A stretch of 63,580 nt of DNA, the filler included, from Phoronis australis (taxonomy: Eukaryota; Animalia; Phoronida): NCBI GenBank assembly GCA_002633005.1. It is 5 parts of 5 records of this genome, joined end to end, with 100 filler letters (N's around TTAATTAATTAA, not from the genome) between each part and the next. Parts side by side here need not be neighbours in the genome. Positions count along the whole stretch, not along the records: positions 45,621 to 59,781 come from NMRA01000482.1; positions 59,882 to 63,580 come from NMRA01002885.1; 3 more parts are not named here. One strand, written 5' to 3'. Under the pieces are notes generated by a model. It saw only the letters and a list, made by a program, of their open reading frames with translations, was not told the origin of the DNA and searched no databases. This document shows positions 52,599-63,580 of this stretch, one piece after another. The first letter of the stretch is position 1. Every line of letters starts with the position of its first letter. Made by a program: the position numbers and the translations under genes.

Positions 52599-52858
52599 TA
52601 CCATTTTGAAATGCCTACGATTTTAGTTTCCATGAAAGAAACAAGCGTCCGTGGATTTGCGCAGACGACTTCAGCGACAGTTCTTATTTGCGTACTTTAC
52701 AACTCATCGATTGCTATCTGCGGTTACATGACATTCGGGGCCGCTGTAAAAAAAGAAATACTCCTTTCTTACCCGCCAGCTGCCGAAACGTACATCGCCT
52801 ACTTAGTTCTGGTTTTGAAACTTCTGACGAACTTCCCGATCACGTTCTTTTGCATCAG
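52599..52858 (+). CDS. SLC38A7: SLC38A7-like exon
   Basis: Phase 0-2. Reads YHFEMPTILVSMK...ICGYMTFGAAVKKEILLSYP...LTNFPITFFCIR (compare SLC38A7 [20 protein letters not shown]). Confidence 0.92.
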
Positions 52859-53020
52859 GTATACATGTGCACAGTCCATCAAGCCATGATCTTTCATTGC
52901 GTCTGTCTGCCTTTCATAATTTTTTTCTTCGCACAGTAATTCCTGTCATTTTAGCGTGGTATGTTACTAATTGTCGCCAGTCGAAAATATGTGGTTGTTA
53001 TGAGTTTTTTTATATTTCAG

Positions 53021-53220
53021 AAATGCATTCTATGACCTTTGGGTGACCGCATGGAACTTAAGCTCCGATGACGTCATCAGCGGGGAACGGAAGCGCATTA
53101 CCGTTATGGGAGTCCTTGGATTCACGCTGATATTATCCGTTTACATTTGTGTACCAGATATAGTGACTGCGGTTGCGTACACCGGAGGGCTAAGCATTCT
53201 CCTTGCTGTTAGTTGTCCAG
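53021..53220 (+). CDS. SLC38A7: SLC38A7-like exon
   Basis: Phase 2-1. Reads NAFYDLW...ERKRI...VPDIVTAVAYTGGLSILLAVSCPG. Confidence 0.9.
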
Positions 53221-53923
53221 GTAAATATTCCTTCAAGGCTTTTCAGGACCTTATTGGCAAGACTGAATTGAGCCAAGTTTCTGCGAAACAACTTTAACTC
53301 GGTAAAAGTATATAGTTTCTGATAGCAAAAATCCTGTAAAATTTGATTTTTGACTTTTTATCAATCTCCCATTGATTACGTCACGTGAACTGTTCTTTTT
53401 AATAGAAGTTAGCAAGAAGAAAGATGTATTGATAACAAAACAGAGGACGGTATAAATAACACGACCAAATTCCATTTGAAATAAACGATCAAGGTGAAAT
53501 AATTTTTAAAACACTATTGATATTTCCTCAATTATCATTTCGAGTTATTTTATGAAAATCATTAAAATTAAAAACCAGATTGTTTTTATAACTGGTCATG
53601 CAATTTAAGTACAATTCCAAACAGCGTTTTAGAAAACCATGCATCAAGCATGGAGATGAAACTTTCAAATCATCCAATCACTCATTCCTGAGATATGATG
53701 TTCTGAAGTTGGCAACTTTCTAGACTGCAACTAAATATGGACGTATTTCTAACACAGTGCTTGTAAAGGAAAGGTTCTACGTTCTTCAGTAACTCAGAGA
53801 CAACAGTTTTTTTCAAAAAACCATCGGTTGGAGAGGCATCACCATCTAGACTATGTAGCCTTACGTCATATCATCAAAACTTAAACTTTATAATTACTTC
53901 ATATTTACATTTCTGTGTTGCAG

Positions 53924-54069
53924 GATTAGCCCTCATACACGCAGTTATCGGGGACATCAGTTCAAAACATCGGAAGTGGCTCCTCTGCGTTGGCATACTT
54001 TGGGCCACTTTCGGTGTATTCTTCTTTGGTTTGATAACAAGTCAAGAAATTGTAAAGCAGACTACATAA
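53924..54069 (+). CDS. SLC38A7: SLC38A7-like terminal exon
   Basis: ttgcag|GA TTA...; reads LALIHAV...WLLCVGILWATFGVFFFGLITSQEIVKQTT*. Confidence 0.88.
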
Positions 54070-56722
54070 GAAACTGGTAGAGATGGGAAACGGACGTGGG
54101 TTTATCGTCAGTTTAAGTGACCAGCTTCTCATCTAACTATCATGCCTTCTTTAATGACATCAAATATTCCCAGAATAAATTAACAATTGTGCCGCACTGA
54201 GGATCGAATGAGCCACGACAGACAAATTGCACTCTGGAAAGGTCCATCAGGAACCATAAAGGAACCCTCAAAATTGAGCTAACTCAAACTCTTGAGCCAT
54301 TAATTTTGTGTCTGAATAATTTGAAAATTTGGCTCCGTGTGATTTTTTTTGATTTGGTTATAATTTTATTGAGGATGAATATCACTTTGTTTGCATATGC
54401 CCATTTTATGATGATCTGAGAATTAGAGTGTTACCTAGAATATAATGGACCAATCGAGTAATCGTGGATTTCTAAGATTTATGAAAATTTCTGATCCCAG
54501 TCTGCTAAAAAACCTAATCAAATTTGTATATCATGCTTCTTTTTTACGACAAAAACTACTTGACGACTGAAATATGCGTATGCGTATTTAGTATGTTTTA
54601 TTGTTGTGTTTGATACATGTATGCAAGTACTGTGAGTCGATGGCCTCGAGTATGAGTAAACGTACATGTAGCATTACTTGGCAAACACTGTTCAATAATA
54701 AATACGAGTATCATTTATGTTTTAATGAGTTTAAATTAATACTTTTTGACAAAGTGAACGTTATTCCACTTAAGGAGGGTGTTGTTTCTTGACTACTTCG
54801 ATTTCATAGTGTAACATTTTTCCATAAAGACAAGCCTATGAAAATGTAAATAAAATTTAAGCAAATTATATCGAGTGAATGTGTGTGAATGATTGTATGA
54901 AAGTCCTTCCCCTTTCCTCTGCCTCTCCTTTATAATAATCTCATGTTATTTGTACTCTCAATCACTATGAGTTATTTTTATTTGTTATGTACGATGCATT
55001 GTTTTACATTTTGTAAGGATATGTAGCTGGGGCCAATCAACCCCAATAATATCCAATAATCAGCAATAATATGATTTCTAGGTAAATAAATAAAAATTAA
55101 GAAAAAAATGTACTTGTTCGATGCATTTTGCAACTCTCTTTCAATTTTATTTTTTGCCTCATGGTTCTTTAGACCTACTTGCACCAAAGAGAACGTTTCA
55201 GTGGACCGGGACTTCGGCATCTGCATTTTCAAATATAAACATGGAATGGGAACATTGCAACTTCCAGTGTGAAGAATTGTAGTATATGTCCCTATTTAAA
55301 AGGCAGTTTTGATCTCTCACTTTCTATTTCCCGCTTTATTGGTTTATTTATTCTTGATGTTTCATTATGCACTTGAGGTGACTGTGATCCTTGTTTACCA
55401 GGTTGTACTTATGTGCAAATAGCTTAAATTCAGTTAGCTGCAACCCCTAAAAAGTTGATAATTTCTGAACAGTGAATAAATTGACTTACAAAACTTATTA
55501 TTTTTATTTACTTAACTTTTTTTTAACTAAATATGTGTTTTTAGTAAATATTTTTTTTAAATTTGAACAGAGACATTTTAAAAGTATTGTTCCACCAATC
55601 GGGTTTTTGAAAAAGGTCTTAGCTTTTAATTATCCATTTTAGAGCATCTTGAGCAAAAACCGACGTACTCTTCATTTTTGAAGGCTTCGTTCCAAAAAAC
55701 TAGGACCCAAATAGAAATTCTGAGGCTCGATTACCTTCGGAAGGCATCACATAGCAAGTATTCGAAATTTCATAGCCATATGTTCACCCATCGACGAGAA
55801 GTCGATGTTCAAATATGAAATAAACTCCAAAATCGCAACGCGAGAAATCGGCAGTAACGCACGGCGCAAGTGCACATCCTGCATCATATAAGAATTTTCA
55901 GGAATTTCCTGACTGTAACAGCTAATAATTTTCAAAGCAATTTTGTCTTATTTTACCTAAAATCGCTAATTCATGACTGCCCCGGTGCAAGACAAGAGTC
56001 CATCATCCGAATAGTTTTTCTTATTCTAGATTCCAGAATTCACGTTAAAATATGTTATTATCAAACAGAATTTTTGACAATTTCCACTTGTCTGAAGGGT
56101 ACCTGTACATAGGTTAGAGCCAAGAATTCAACACTCAAGAAGAATGTGCTCTCACTCTTCCGTCGACAAGAGCACAGGCCAATTTTCTGGGCTCATTTTA
56201 CTCAAAACAACTTCAGGGAATTACTAAACACCATCTGTGACAATCACTTCCCATCTAGACCTCAAAACGATCGTCAAACCCAGCCCACACCATTATATTC
56301 ATTTTGGGGGACCTACGCAGGCCACTAAGTACTGTGGCCTTAGACCTTATCGAAAAGAGCTAGTACAACGTGGACGTGGTGTAAATAAAATACAAAACAG
56401 AAATCACGGCATGGAGGATTTTCGAAGGAAACAGAATGAAATACTGAGAGAATTGCGCTCAGTGCGAGATTTGTCGAGAAATGATCGAGCTGGGTTGAGA
56501 TTTGAGACATGACTTTATGTTGCTACTGTTAGAACCACTTTCACATGGCGAAATATAGAACTATAACCCTGTCTCTTGGTTTCTTTTCTTGTACAAATCA
56601 AGTTCGTAAAACAGTGATCTATCGTTAATTCTGTCGGAGACACTCGAGGGTCGAATTTTATGTAGCCTAATCGTAATTCAATGGTGCGGTCTTACCAGAG
56701 ACCGAAGTGTCAGTTTACTAAC

Positions 56723-56867
56723 CCATGGGCGGCGCAGCACTGAATTAAGTGGGGGCTATAACCCCCACACCCCCTTGCGGTGCGCCGCCCATAGACCATG
56801 GTGGTGCAGCACTGAACAAGTGGGAGCTATAGCCCCACCCTCAGCCCCCTATGGTGCGCCGCCCATG
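56723..56867. mobile_element. Two tandem about 70-bp MITEs (CATGGGCGGCGCA...TGCGCCGCCCATG)
   Basis: Near-perfect 13-bp outer TIRs; same family as 11821-11891. Confidence 0.75.
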
Positions 56868-57559
56868 TAACCGAGTATCTTGTTGTTTCTGGTTTCCATA
56901 TCTGTTGTCTGATGGTACACGTTAATCCGTACATCGCGTATCGCAGTTTACCTGATCCCCGGGTCTGTCCGGGATTTTGGAGGCGTGGAAAACACTGCGA
57001 AGCCAAATGCATTACTGCATCATTCAGCGAGTTCACTGATGCAATAAATACAGTGTAGTAGCCTCTGCCTATTATGCTAGCAAATATAAACTTTCTTCGG
57101 ATTATGCCATTGCTTAAATTTTTATGTATTTCAGATTCAAATTCACAAGTCTTAGGAATGAATTTTTTGTTTTGAGGTTCGTACTTACATTAAATCGTTT
57201 CAGCAATGGTGCAGGTTTTAAATGAAGTAATTGTTTTGCGGGTAGAATTGATGTTTGTTTCATAAAATACGTTCGTGAAGAAATAGTTGCTATATACAAA
57301 AATGGTGCACTGTATATCACCATGGAAGTAGAGGACCAGCCAAATAGGACGCTCACTTAATCCATTGGTCCTCCTGTTGAAAACTTCGTCAGTGTTATAA
57401 CGTCTTCCGAGAGCAGCATATCTTTCTAAGTTGAAACAAAATAATAAAATGTGGGAAGTTAGAGACCAGTGAACATTTGCGTATAGAAAGACAGTCGTAA
57501 GAAATCAATGATATGTATCATTCAGATGAAAAGTTAATCAATTGAGATGCTACATAGGT

Positions 57560-58345
57560 GTCGATAATGACGCGCGGATTCAAAGTGGGTTGTGGAGCTC
57601 GTCAGTCACGTGACGTTTTACATTACGAAAATGATAGGCTATCCCATCGGTTCTTGTTTCGGGTTACCCCCGTATGTCGTCAACACTAGCGGTTTGTGGT
57701 TGATGAGCTCGGGATCTAATCGCCAAGATCGTGACAACCGTTGGTTTGTTTTTTTCGAAGACTTGCCGCGCATCGTGGTCATCCCAGAAAGATCTTTGAA
57801 AAACCTGCCAGGAACTATGTAGGCACTTTCTTGAGAGCTAAGATGATTTCCCTGGATCGGTTTCAAGGTATTTGCACAAATGACTTGGACGACCTTCAGG
57901 CTTTCTTCGATCTCAACATTTACATGTACAACAACGTACGTGTACGAACTAGAAGAAAATGAGGAAGTTGGTTCACCGACCATTCGGTCGTTACGCTAAC
58001 ACCATGTTGCTCAATCTATGCGACAACCACCTGCCCTACATTTACGACATCAGCAAACACAATAAGGCGTACGCATGCAGCGTTTGTGGAACATTATGGA
58101 AACGTATGAAACGTGCATTGCGCCACGAAAAGACGTGTGTTATCAGTAGAAAGCATATTTTTTCCGGGAAAAACTTTTCAGATATACCATACGGTTTTTG
58201 AAAAATGAGAAGACGAAGGTTTTGTGATTGAAGAAGACGATCGCTTCTAACATTACCAACTAGAAGATGCTTTCGACGTTTATGAAGACTACCGTCCAAA
58301 GTTGACCTGGATGAAAGAACACGAACTCATGAGTGTCAGCTTGCT
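57560..58345 (+). mobile_element. Frameshifted Maverick/Polinton-like fragment (N-terminal region of protein-primed DNA polymerase ORF)
   Basis: Across frames: RADSKWVVELVSHVTFYITKMIGYPIG, LPPYV, CFFRRLAAHRG, FQGI..DL....FDLNIY.Y, TMLLNLCDNH..YI.D, YACSVCG..W.....RHEKTC. The motif series is recalled from Maverick PolB proteins; no catalytic motifs are present. Confidence 0.65.
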
Positions 58346-58348
58346 ATA

Positions 58349-59089
58349 CAGTGGCGGATCTAGGATATCACAAGGGGGGGGCAACATTTTGTCCGGCTGT
58401 AAGCATTTGCGCAAACCACGCTTGTAGATGCGTATAGCACCGAATTGGGGGAGGTCGGGAGAGGGGTTTGCCTCCCTCCCGCCCAGGAAAATTTTATGTC
58501 TTTTCCTCTAAAAATCAAGCATTTTCCTTGATTCCTGAAGTATTATCCAAGAAAAAAGGGGAAAAAGCACGGAGAACGTGTCAAACAGGAAACACTTTAA
58601 GTACCACAGACTCGAACTCACGACCTGGCGGATAGAGCGCGCGTGCCTTACCACTAAACCACCACGATTTAACTACTAATCGTGTACTAAGAGACCTACA
58701 TGTACTTGATTATGGTCCACAGCGTTAGCGCTCGAAACCAACATCTTTTTGTTATGCTTATTACACATTTTATATTTTGTGCAATCACTCCTTAACAAAT
58801 TTGTTGTATTTAAAAGAGTCTTCAGTTGCCCAAAAAACCAAATCCGTTTTTCGTGTTGGCAATAATGACGGGTTGCTTTGAAAATCGTCTTCACTTATGG
58901 TTTGAAAAAGAGAGAATTATGAGTTTCTGAGTGTTTCACTAAGGCTTGGATTAAAACTCACATCTTACCAGCAGCTTCAGTTTTTTCATCGTCACTCAGG
59001 TTCCATTTTCTTTAAAAAATGAAGTAAATTTTCTTCATTGCACAGTGGAGCAGACGACGGAAACGGAGTCGTAGCGCGCAGCGCCACTG
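58349..59089. mobile_element. CAGTGGCG-ended MITE-like insertion truncating the Maverick fragment
   Basis: Left end CAGTGGCGGATCTAGG resembles 10591; possible right end CGCCACTG at 59082-89. No TSD, and the right boundary is uncertain. Confidence 0.4.
58601..58668 (-). other. tRNA-like (SINE head or pseudo-tRNA) fragment
   Basis: Minus strand GTGGTTTAGTGGTAAGGCAC...AGGTCGTGAGTTCGAGTC: A and B boxes present, acceptor stem not formed. Confidence 0.55.
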
Positions 59090-59147
59090 CCGGTCGCCTG
59101 TGATAATGCTTGCATTACAGCGCATCAAGTCTCTGATGGGTTCAGTT

Positions 59148-59149
59148 AT

Positions 59150-59196
<47 letters not shown>

Positions 59197-59208
59197 TTCA
59201 TATATATA
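59148..59208. repeat. (TATACA)n microsatellite
   Basis: Direct inspection. Confidence 0.9.
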
Positions 59209-59781
59209 GGTTGACCCATACCGGCAGGTCTATCTACATAAATATAACTAAACTAGACCAGTCCTGCCGCACAAGGCTATAAAACGTCGGGCTCATAACG
59301 CTAAACCCTCGTGAGAGACCGCCCCGAGTTGGCTGCTGGAGCATCTCGGGGCGGTCTGGGATCAAGCGGAAAAACCACAGGGTAAATCTGTGGTCGACGA
59401 ATCTATTCGGTCGATTACATTTTATTGCCCGTGAAGCCGCTAAGGGCTGCCTGAAGAAATATGACTCGCGCGTTTGTATTTTCGCCTTTTTCAATGACAT
59501 GTAAAAGATTCATCAACAAATTCCTCGTAAAATTCTGAAAACAAGCGTTTTTCTCCCACTAAAATCGATGAAGTTTTGGCCGAGATAGTTCACTTTCAGT
59601 CCAGGCTAGCCCTGCACACTCGGAGAATCGTCACACAAGATTACTACGCGGTAATGCGGTTTCACTGTCAACAAAGGAAGACGTCAAAATCGACTTATAA
59701 TTATCATTTTTAAACTATTTGCATGTTAAATTATCAAAATGTAAGTAAGATCGTACTCTATATTTTAACAAGAAAACAGCA

Positions 59782-59881
59782 NNNNNNNNNNNNNNNNNNN
59801 NNNNNNNNNNNNNNNNNNNNNNNNNTTAATTAATTAANNNNNNNNNNNNNNNNNNNNNNNNNNNNNNNNNNNNNNNNNNNN
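59782..59881. other. Assembly spacer
   Basis: N44-TTAATTAATTAA-N44. Confidence 0.98.
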
Positions 59882-61054
59882 GATTAATTACTGTTTGAAT
59901 TGAAACATGGATACTTTCATTTGTTGAGAATGGAATTTATTTCATCTTTATTGCAGACTCAGCAAAACTATTCTGTCTTAAGAACTGTCTTAGGAACTAT
60001 GTTAGGATCTTGTCTTAGGAACTGTCTTAGGAACTGTTTCGCAAGACAAAAGTGGAACCATACCGCAACTGTCACATTGATTAATTGTTTGTTTTGAAAT
60101 TTTAGAGCAGCAAAGAAATGCTTCGATATAACAAGCCTGTTTGTAATAAATACAAAATTGACAAAACTTGTTTCCATCAATCAACAAGCTGCTATTGGTC
60201 CAATTTAATATCCTGCTGAAAATCCCGCAGGCTTTTAGTGTAGTGTCTACAAAATTCATGAAATATTCTGCCTTCTGGAACTTCACACACTGACTGTGCA
60301 ATATTCTGCATGGGAAAAATGAAATACAAATTAAGGAAAAAAATTGAGCAAATAAAGTAACACTGCAATCATGTTAATTAATGCAAGTTATAGATTTGTT
60401 TCGTATCATTTTTTATGGCCTTAAGCGGATAAAAACGAGGTGCAGACTAAATAAGAGAGCCTCATTTGAAAAAAGATCGCCTTACCTGTGGGAGCTCATT
60501 AGTCTGCCCAGAATAAAAAGTTGGTTGAGATATGATGTAAGACAGCCACATTGTGAAAGCAAGTTGGGATCATCGAAAATGCAGCCACGTGTTATTGGTC
60601 ATGGACATGCAGAGAAATAACATGTTATTGGACAAGGACGTCCAGTGAAATAACGTGTTATAGGACAAGGACGTCCTGTGAAATTGGAAAACCCATTTTG
60701 GACACAGTATTTTTGAAATCCTTTTGGTGCATGACTTGATATGTGAACTTTACACAGTTAAAATAACCAACACCTCCAAGTCAAAAGTTGCAAACTTACA
60801 AATTCTTGAAATCAATCAAATGTCTAATTCAAGGGGAAGTTAAATTTTGAGCAATGCAGATTGGACATATGGTGCAGTTACAACAGAAGGTTATGGCAAA
60901 CACTTTTCAATTCAAATACAACATGGCAGTGCTGGAATTTAATTTTGACACACTGCCACCAACAAAAAATTGCACATTTTAACAATAATGTGATCAGCCT
61001 TTCAAACACTTTGAACATCTTGCAATTAAATTGCATGAAAATGAAGAGAAATTA

Positions 61055-61179
61055 CCATGGTATCTATCATACTGGTACTCTTAGACCATGGTATCTATCA
61101 TACTGGTACACTTAGACCATGGTATCTATCATACTGGTACACTTAGACCATGGTATCTATCATACTGGTACACTTAGAC
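61055..61179. repeat. 31-bp minisatellite, 4 copies
   Basis: Unit CCATGGTATCTATCATACTGGTACACTTAGA. Confidence 0.95.
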
Positions 61180-62118
61180 ATAATGAGTAACTGTGACAAG
61201 GTGTAACAACTAGAGCAAGCAGTGAAATGCACCAACTGCACCGCAAATGGTATGCTTCTAAGGATGCTTATTATTATCAAGTAATTTATATTATTAATAG
61301 CATTTGATCAAAACAGGAATTCGACTCGTGTGCTGGCACATCACAGCCATCTGCCAATGCCCCACAAAAATTATCAAGTCATTTTGACAAAAATCAACCA
61401 ACAAGCAAGCAAAACATCTTGTCAGTGGCCATCAAGGTGTGCAATGTCAGATACTTTATTAAGAGATAAAGCAATGGATGCAGGACTCGTGACAGCATTA
61501 TGATCCCAAAGTCAAAAACAAAAATGGTCATTAGGTGGCAAAATACATGTAACACATCCAAAAATAGAAAGGTGTACAAACCAAGCCAAATTTCATGAAA
61601 AGCTATCCTAACAAGAAACTCTTGAAGATCCAGACATAAATGTAAAATATTAAATTGCCGCTAGGGGTCACATCAGCAGAGAGGTGCAGCCGAAAGTCCT
61701 CATCACTTGTCACAGCAAATCGCTATCAAAAATTCCAAAAGATCCTGCTCTTCTCAGAAGAAACAAACCCGCCAATTCCCTTAATAACACTTGATCTTTC
61801 GTCAAGCACTTTTAGAAATCATCAACACACAGGCCAACATAATGAAGGAAAGACTATCTTTGGGCAGAATACTGACCACATGCGACTACAAAGTTTTCAT
61901 GGGCGCATAACATAACATCCACCATAAATATTATTCAATTAATGATAAATTCACCAGAAGTAGAGAACTGTGACAAAAAGATGCTTGTACAATGGACTCA
62001 ATGGGTCAAAAAGGTCAACTTTGAGTGTCTATAATAATATGATGACCATTTGAAATATAATTTTACAAGCCAGATACAAGAAGCATAATCTGAGTGTGTG
62101 AGAAGCCTGGATACCAAC

Positions 62119-62283
62119 CTGCCATCTAACAAATCCATGAGAGGAGATAACACAACATCTGCACTTGAAAGGATTTCAGCCTTTTGACTGGGTTGGTTCA
62201 GTGACACCTGGCCTTGTCCTTTCACTTTTGTGAACAATAGGTCAGCTAACTCATTGACACTTTGTTGTATTTGAGGTTCAAGA
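62119..62283 (-). CDS. unc-13: UNC-13/Munc13 MUN-domain exon
   Basis: tttcag|...|gttggt, 165 nt, phase 2-2. Reads LEPQIQQSVNELADLLFTKVKGQGQV...ADVVLSPLMDLLDG (compare Munc13 [38 protein letters not shown], from memory). Confidence 0.85.
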
Positions 62284-62439
62284 CTGAAACAGTAGAGAAA
62301 TAGATAACTATATTTTTGTGCACAGTCAAATGTCTAACAATCTGATTATCACCAACCTAGAAGATTGTTAGCACGTTTGTACACCATAAATATTAATGTT
62401 TACAGATTGAAATGAAAGGAAGAAAACGCATTTCCATTC

Positions 62440-62930
62440 ACACCCACCCATGTCTCGCCCACACAGGGAACACTGGTCCATCACTCACCCCTCCCCCTAC
62501 TCATGGAAAACTGGCCCATCACCCATTTATCCCCAAACAGGGAGCACCGGGCCATCACCCATTTCTCTCCACCACACAGAAAACACCAGCCCATCACCCA
62601 TCTCTCAACCAAACAGGAAACATTGGCTCATCACCCATCTGTCTCCCCCCACACATGGAATACCAGCCCACCACTCATCTGTCCCCCCACACAGGGAACA
62701 CCGGCCCATCACCCATTTCTCCCCCAAACAGGTAACACCGACCACCACCCATCTCTCCCTCTCCACAGGGAACACCAGCCCATCACCCATGCCTCCCTCA
62801 CACAGGAAACACTGGCCCATCACCCATCTCTCCCCCCACACAGGAACACCGGCCCATTACCCATCTCTACCCCCACACAGGGAACACCGGCATATCACTC
62901 ATCTCTCCCCCACACAGGGAACACCAACAC
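62440..62930. repeat. C-rich minisatellite, about 37-38 bp unit, about 13 copies
   Basis: ACAGGGAACACCGGCCCATCACCCATCTCTCCCCCCAC-like unit. Confidence 0.92.
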
Positions 62931-63049
62931 CTACATTATGACATAACCATTTATTTATTAAGTATTAAACAGGTAATATTCATCTTGACCTAAACAATGT
63001 TATTTCATGAAGTAAGAATTGGATCAAGGCTATTGAACTCTTAGAATTA

Positions 63050-63190
63050 CAGAAAACGTCCTTAAAGCTATTTTTAACATAGTTGAGGGAGCTGCATTTT
63101 TGAATGTCATACGGAAGTGAAGTCCAAATTGTCAATACGCAACACAACATTAACTCTTCTGAATGCTTGACTATGGAGAATTGCATACTA
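63050..63190 (-). mobile_element. Short CR1/L2-group LINE RT C-terminal relic
   Basis: IWTSLPYDIQKCSSLNYVKNSFK resembles the WNxLP..I....SL..FK motif. Confidence 0.45.
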
Positions 63191-63422
63191 GGAAACTGTA
63201 CCTCAAACTGGTGTCATAAAAATGCATTGGATCAAATAATATTTCAATAGAGCTGTTAACATTCAGTTAATCTTCTTAAAAAGTAAAGTTGGCCATGAGA
63301 AGCTTTCTTCCTGTGGATAGTTTGGGCCAACTGAGGTTAGATATCTTGAATGCTGTGGTTACTACAACTACAAGAGCAGCTTCATAGTAGAATGTTTGAA
63401 CATGTTGAAGCACGCCTATATC

Positions 63423-63580
63423 AGTGGACTGGATGGGTTACGAGTGGACTGGATGGGTTACGAGTGGACTGAATGGGTTACCAGTGGACTGAATGGGTTA
63501 CCAGTGGACTGAATGGGTTACCAGAGGACTGAATGGGTTACCAGTGGACTGAATGGGTTACCAATGGACTGAATGGGTTA
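63423..63580. repeat. 20-bp tandem repeat running off the window end
   Basis: CAGTGGACTGAATGGGTTAC, about 8 copies. Confidence 0.95.

Noticed and set aside
61055-63580. Tandem arrays as CRISPR; Pro/His-rich ORFs at 62412-62946
   Set aside because: Head-to-tail repeats with no unique spacers, in eukaryotic context; the ORFs are by-products of the minisatellite.

Overview
AT-rich, intron-containing animal DNA, probably an invertebrate; the species cannot be determined from the sequence. The window is five contigs joined by artificial 100-nt N44-TTAATTAATTAA-N44 spacers, so adjacency across them is unproven. Host genes, reconstructed by hand from GT-AG exons: (1) a minus-strand WSC-WSC-kringle-kringle extracellular protein (about 5.7-21.9 kb) interleaved with apparently decayed exons; (2) the last two exons (TM helix and acidic tail) of a single-pass membrane protein (31.4-32.9 kb); (3) two BAR-domain exons of sorting nexin 1/2; (4) the last five exons of a divergent SLC38A7-like amino-acid transporter; (5) one MUN-domain exon of UNC-13. 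Mobile DNA is abundant: four TTAA-type Kolobok-like THAP elements in two families, a 5'-truncated LOA-like LINE with RNase H, a Maverick/Polinton polymerase relic, TAG..CTA foldback elements, small MITEs, a probable solo LTR and tandem repeats. The best candidates for something new are: a tRNA-derived SINE whose 3' tail matches the LOA-like LINE tail with compensatory stem changes (a candidate SINE-LINE pair); a Kolobok deletion derivative that keeps an intact THAP-only ORF, reminiscent of the P-element KP repressor; and a Kolobok derivative built from two left ends. All family assignments come from remembered motifs, not database searches.
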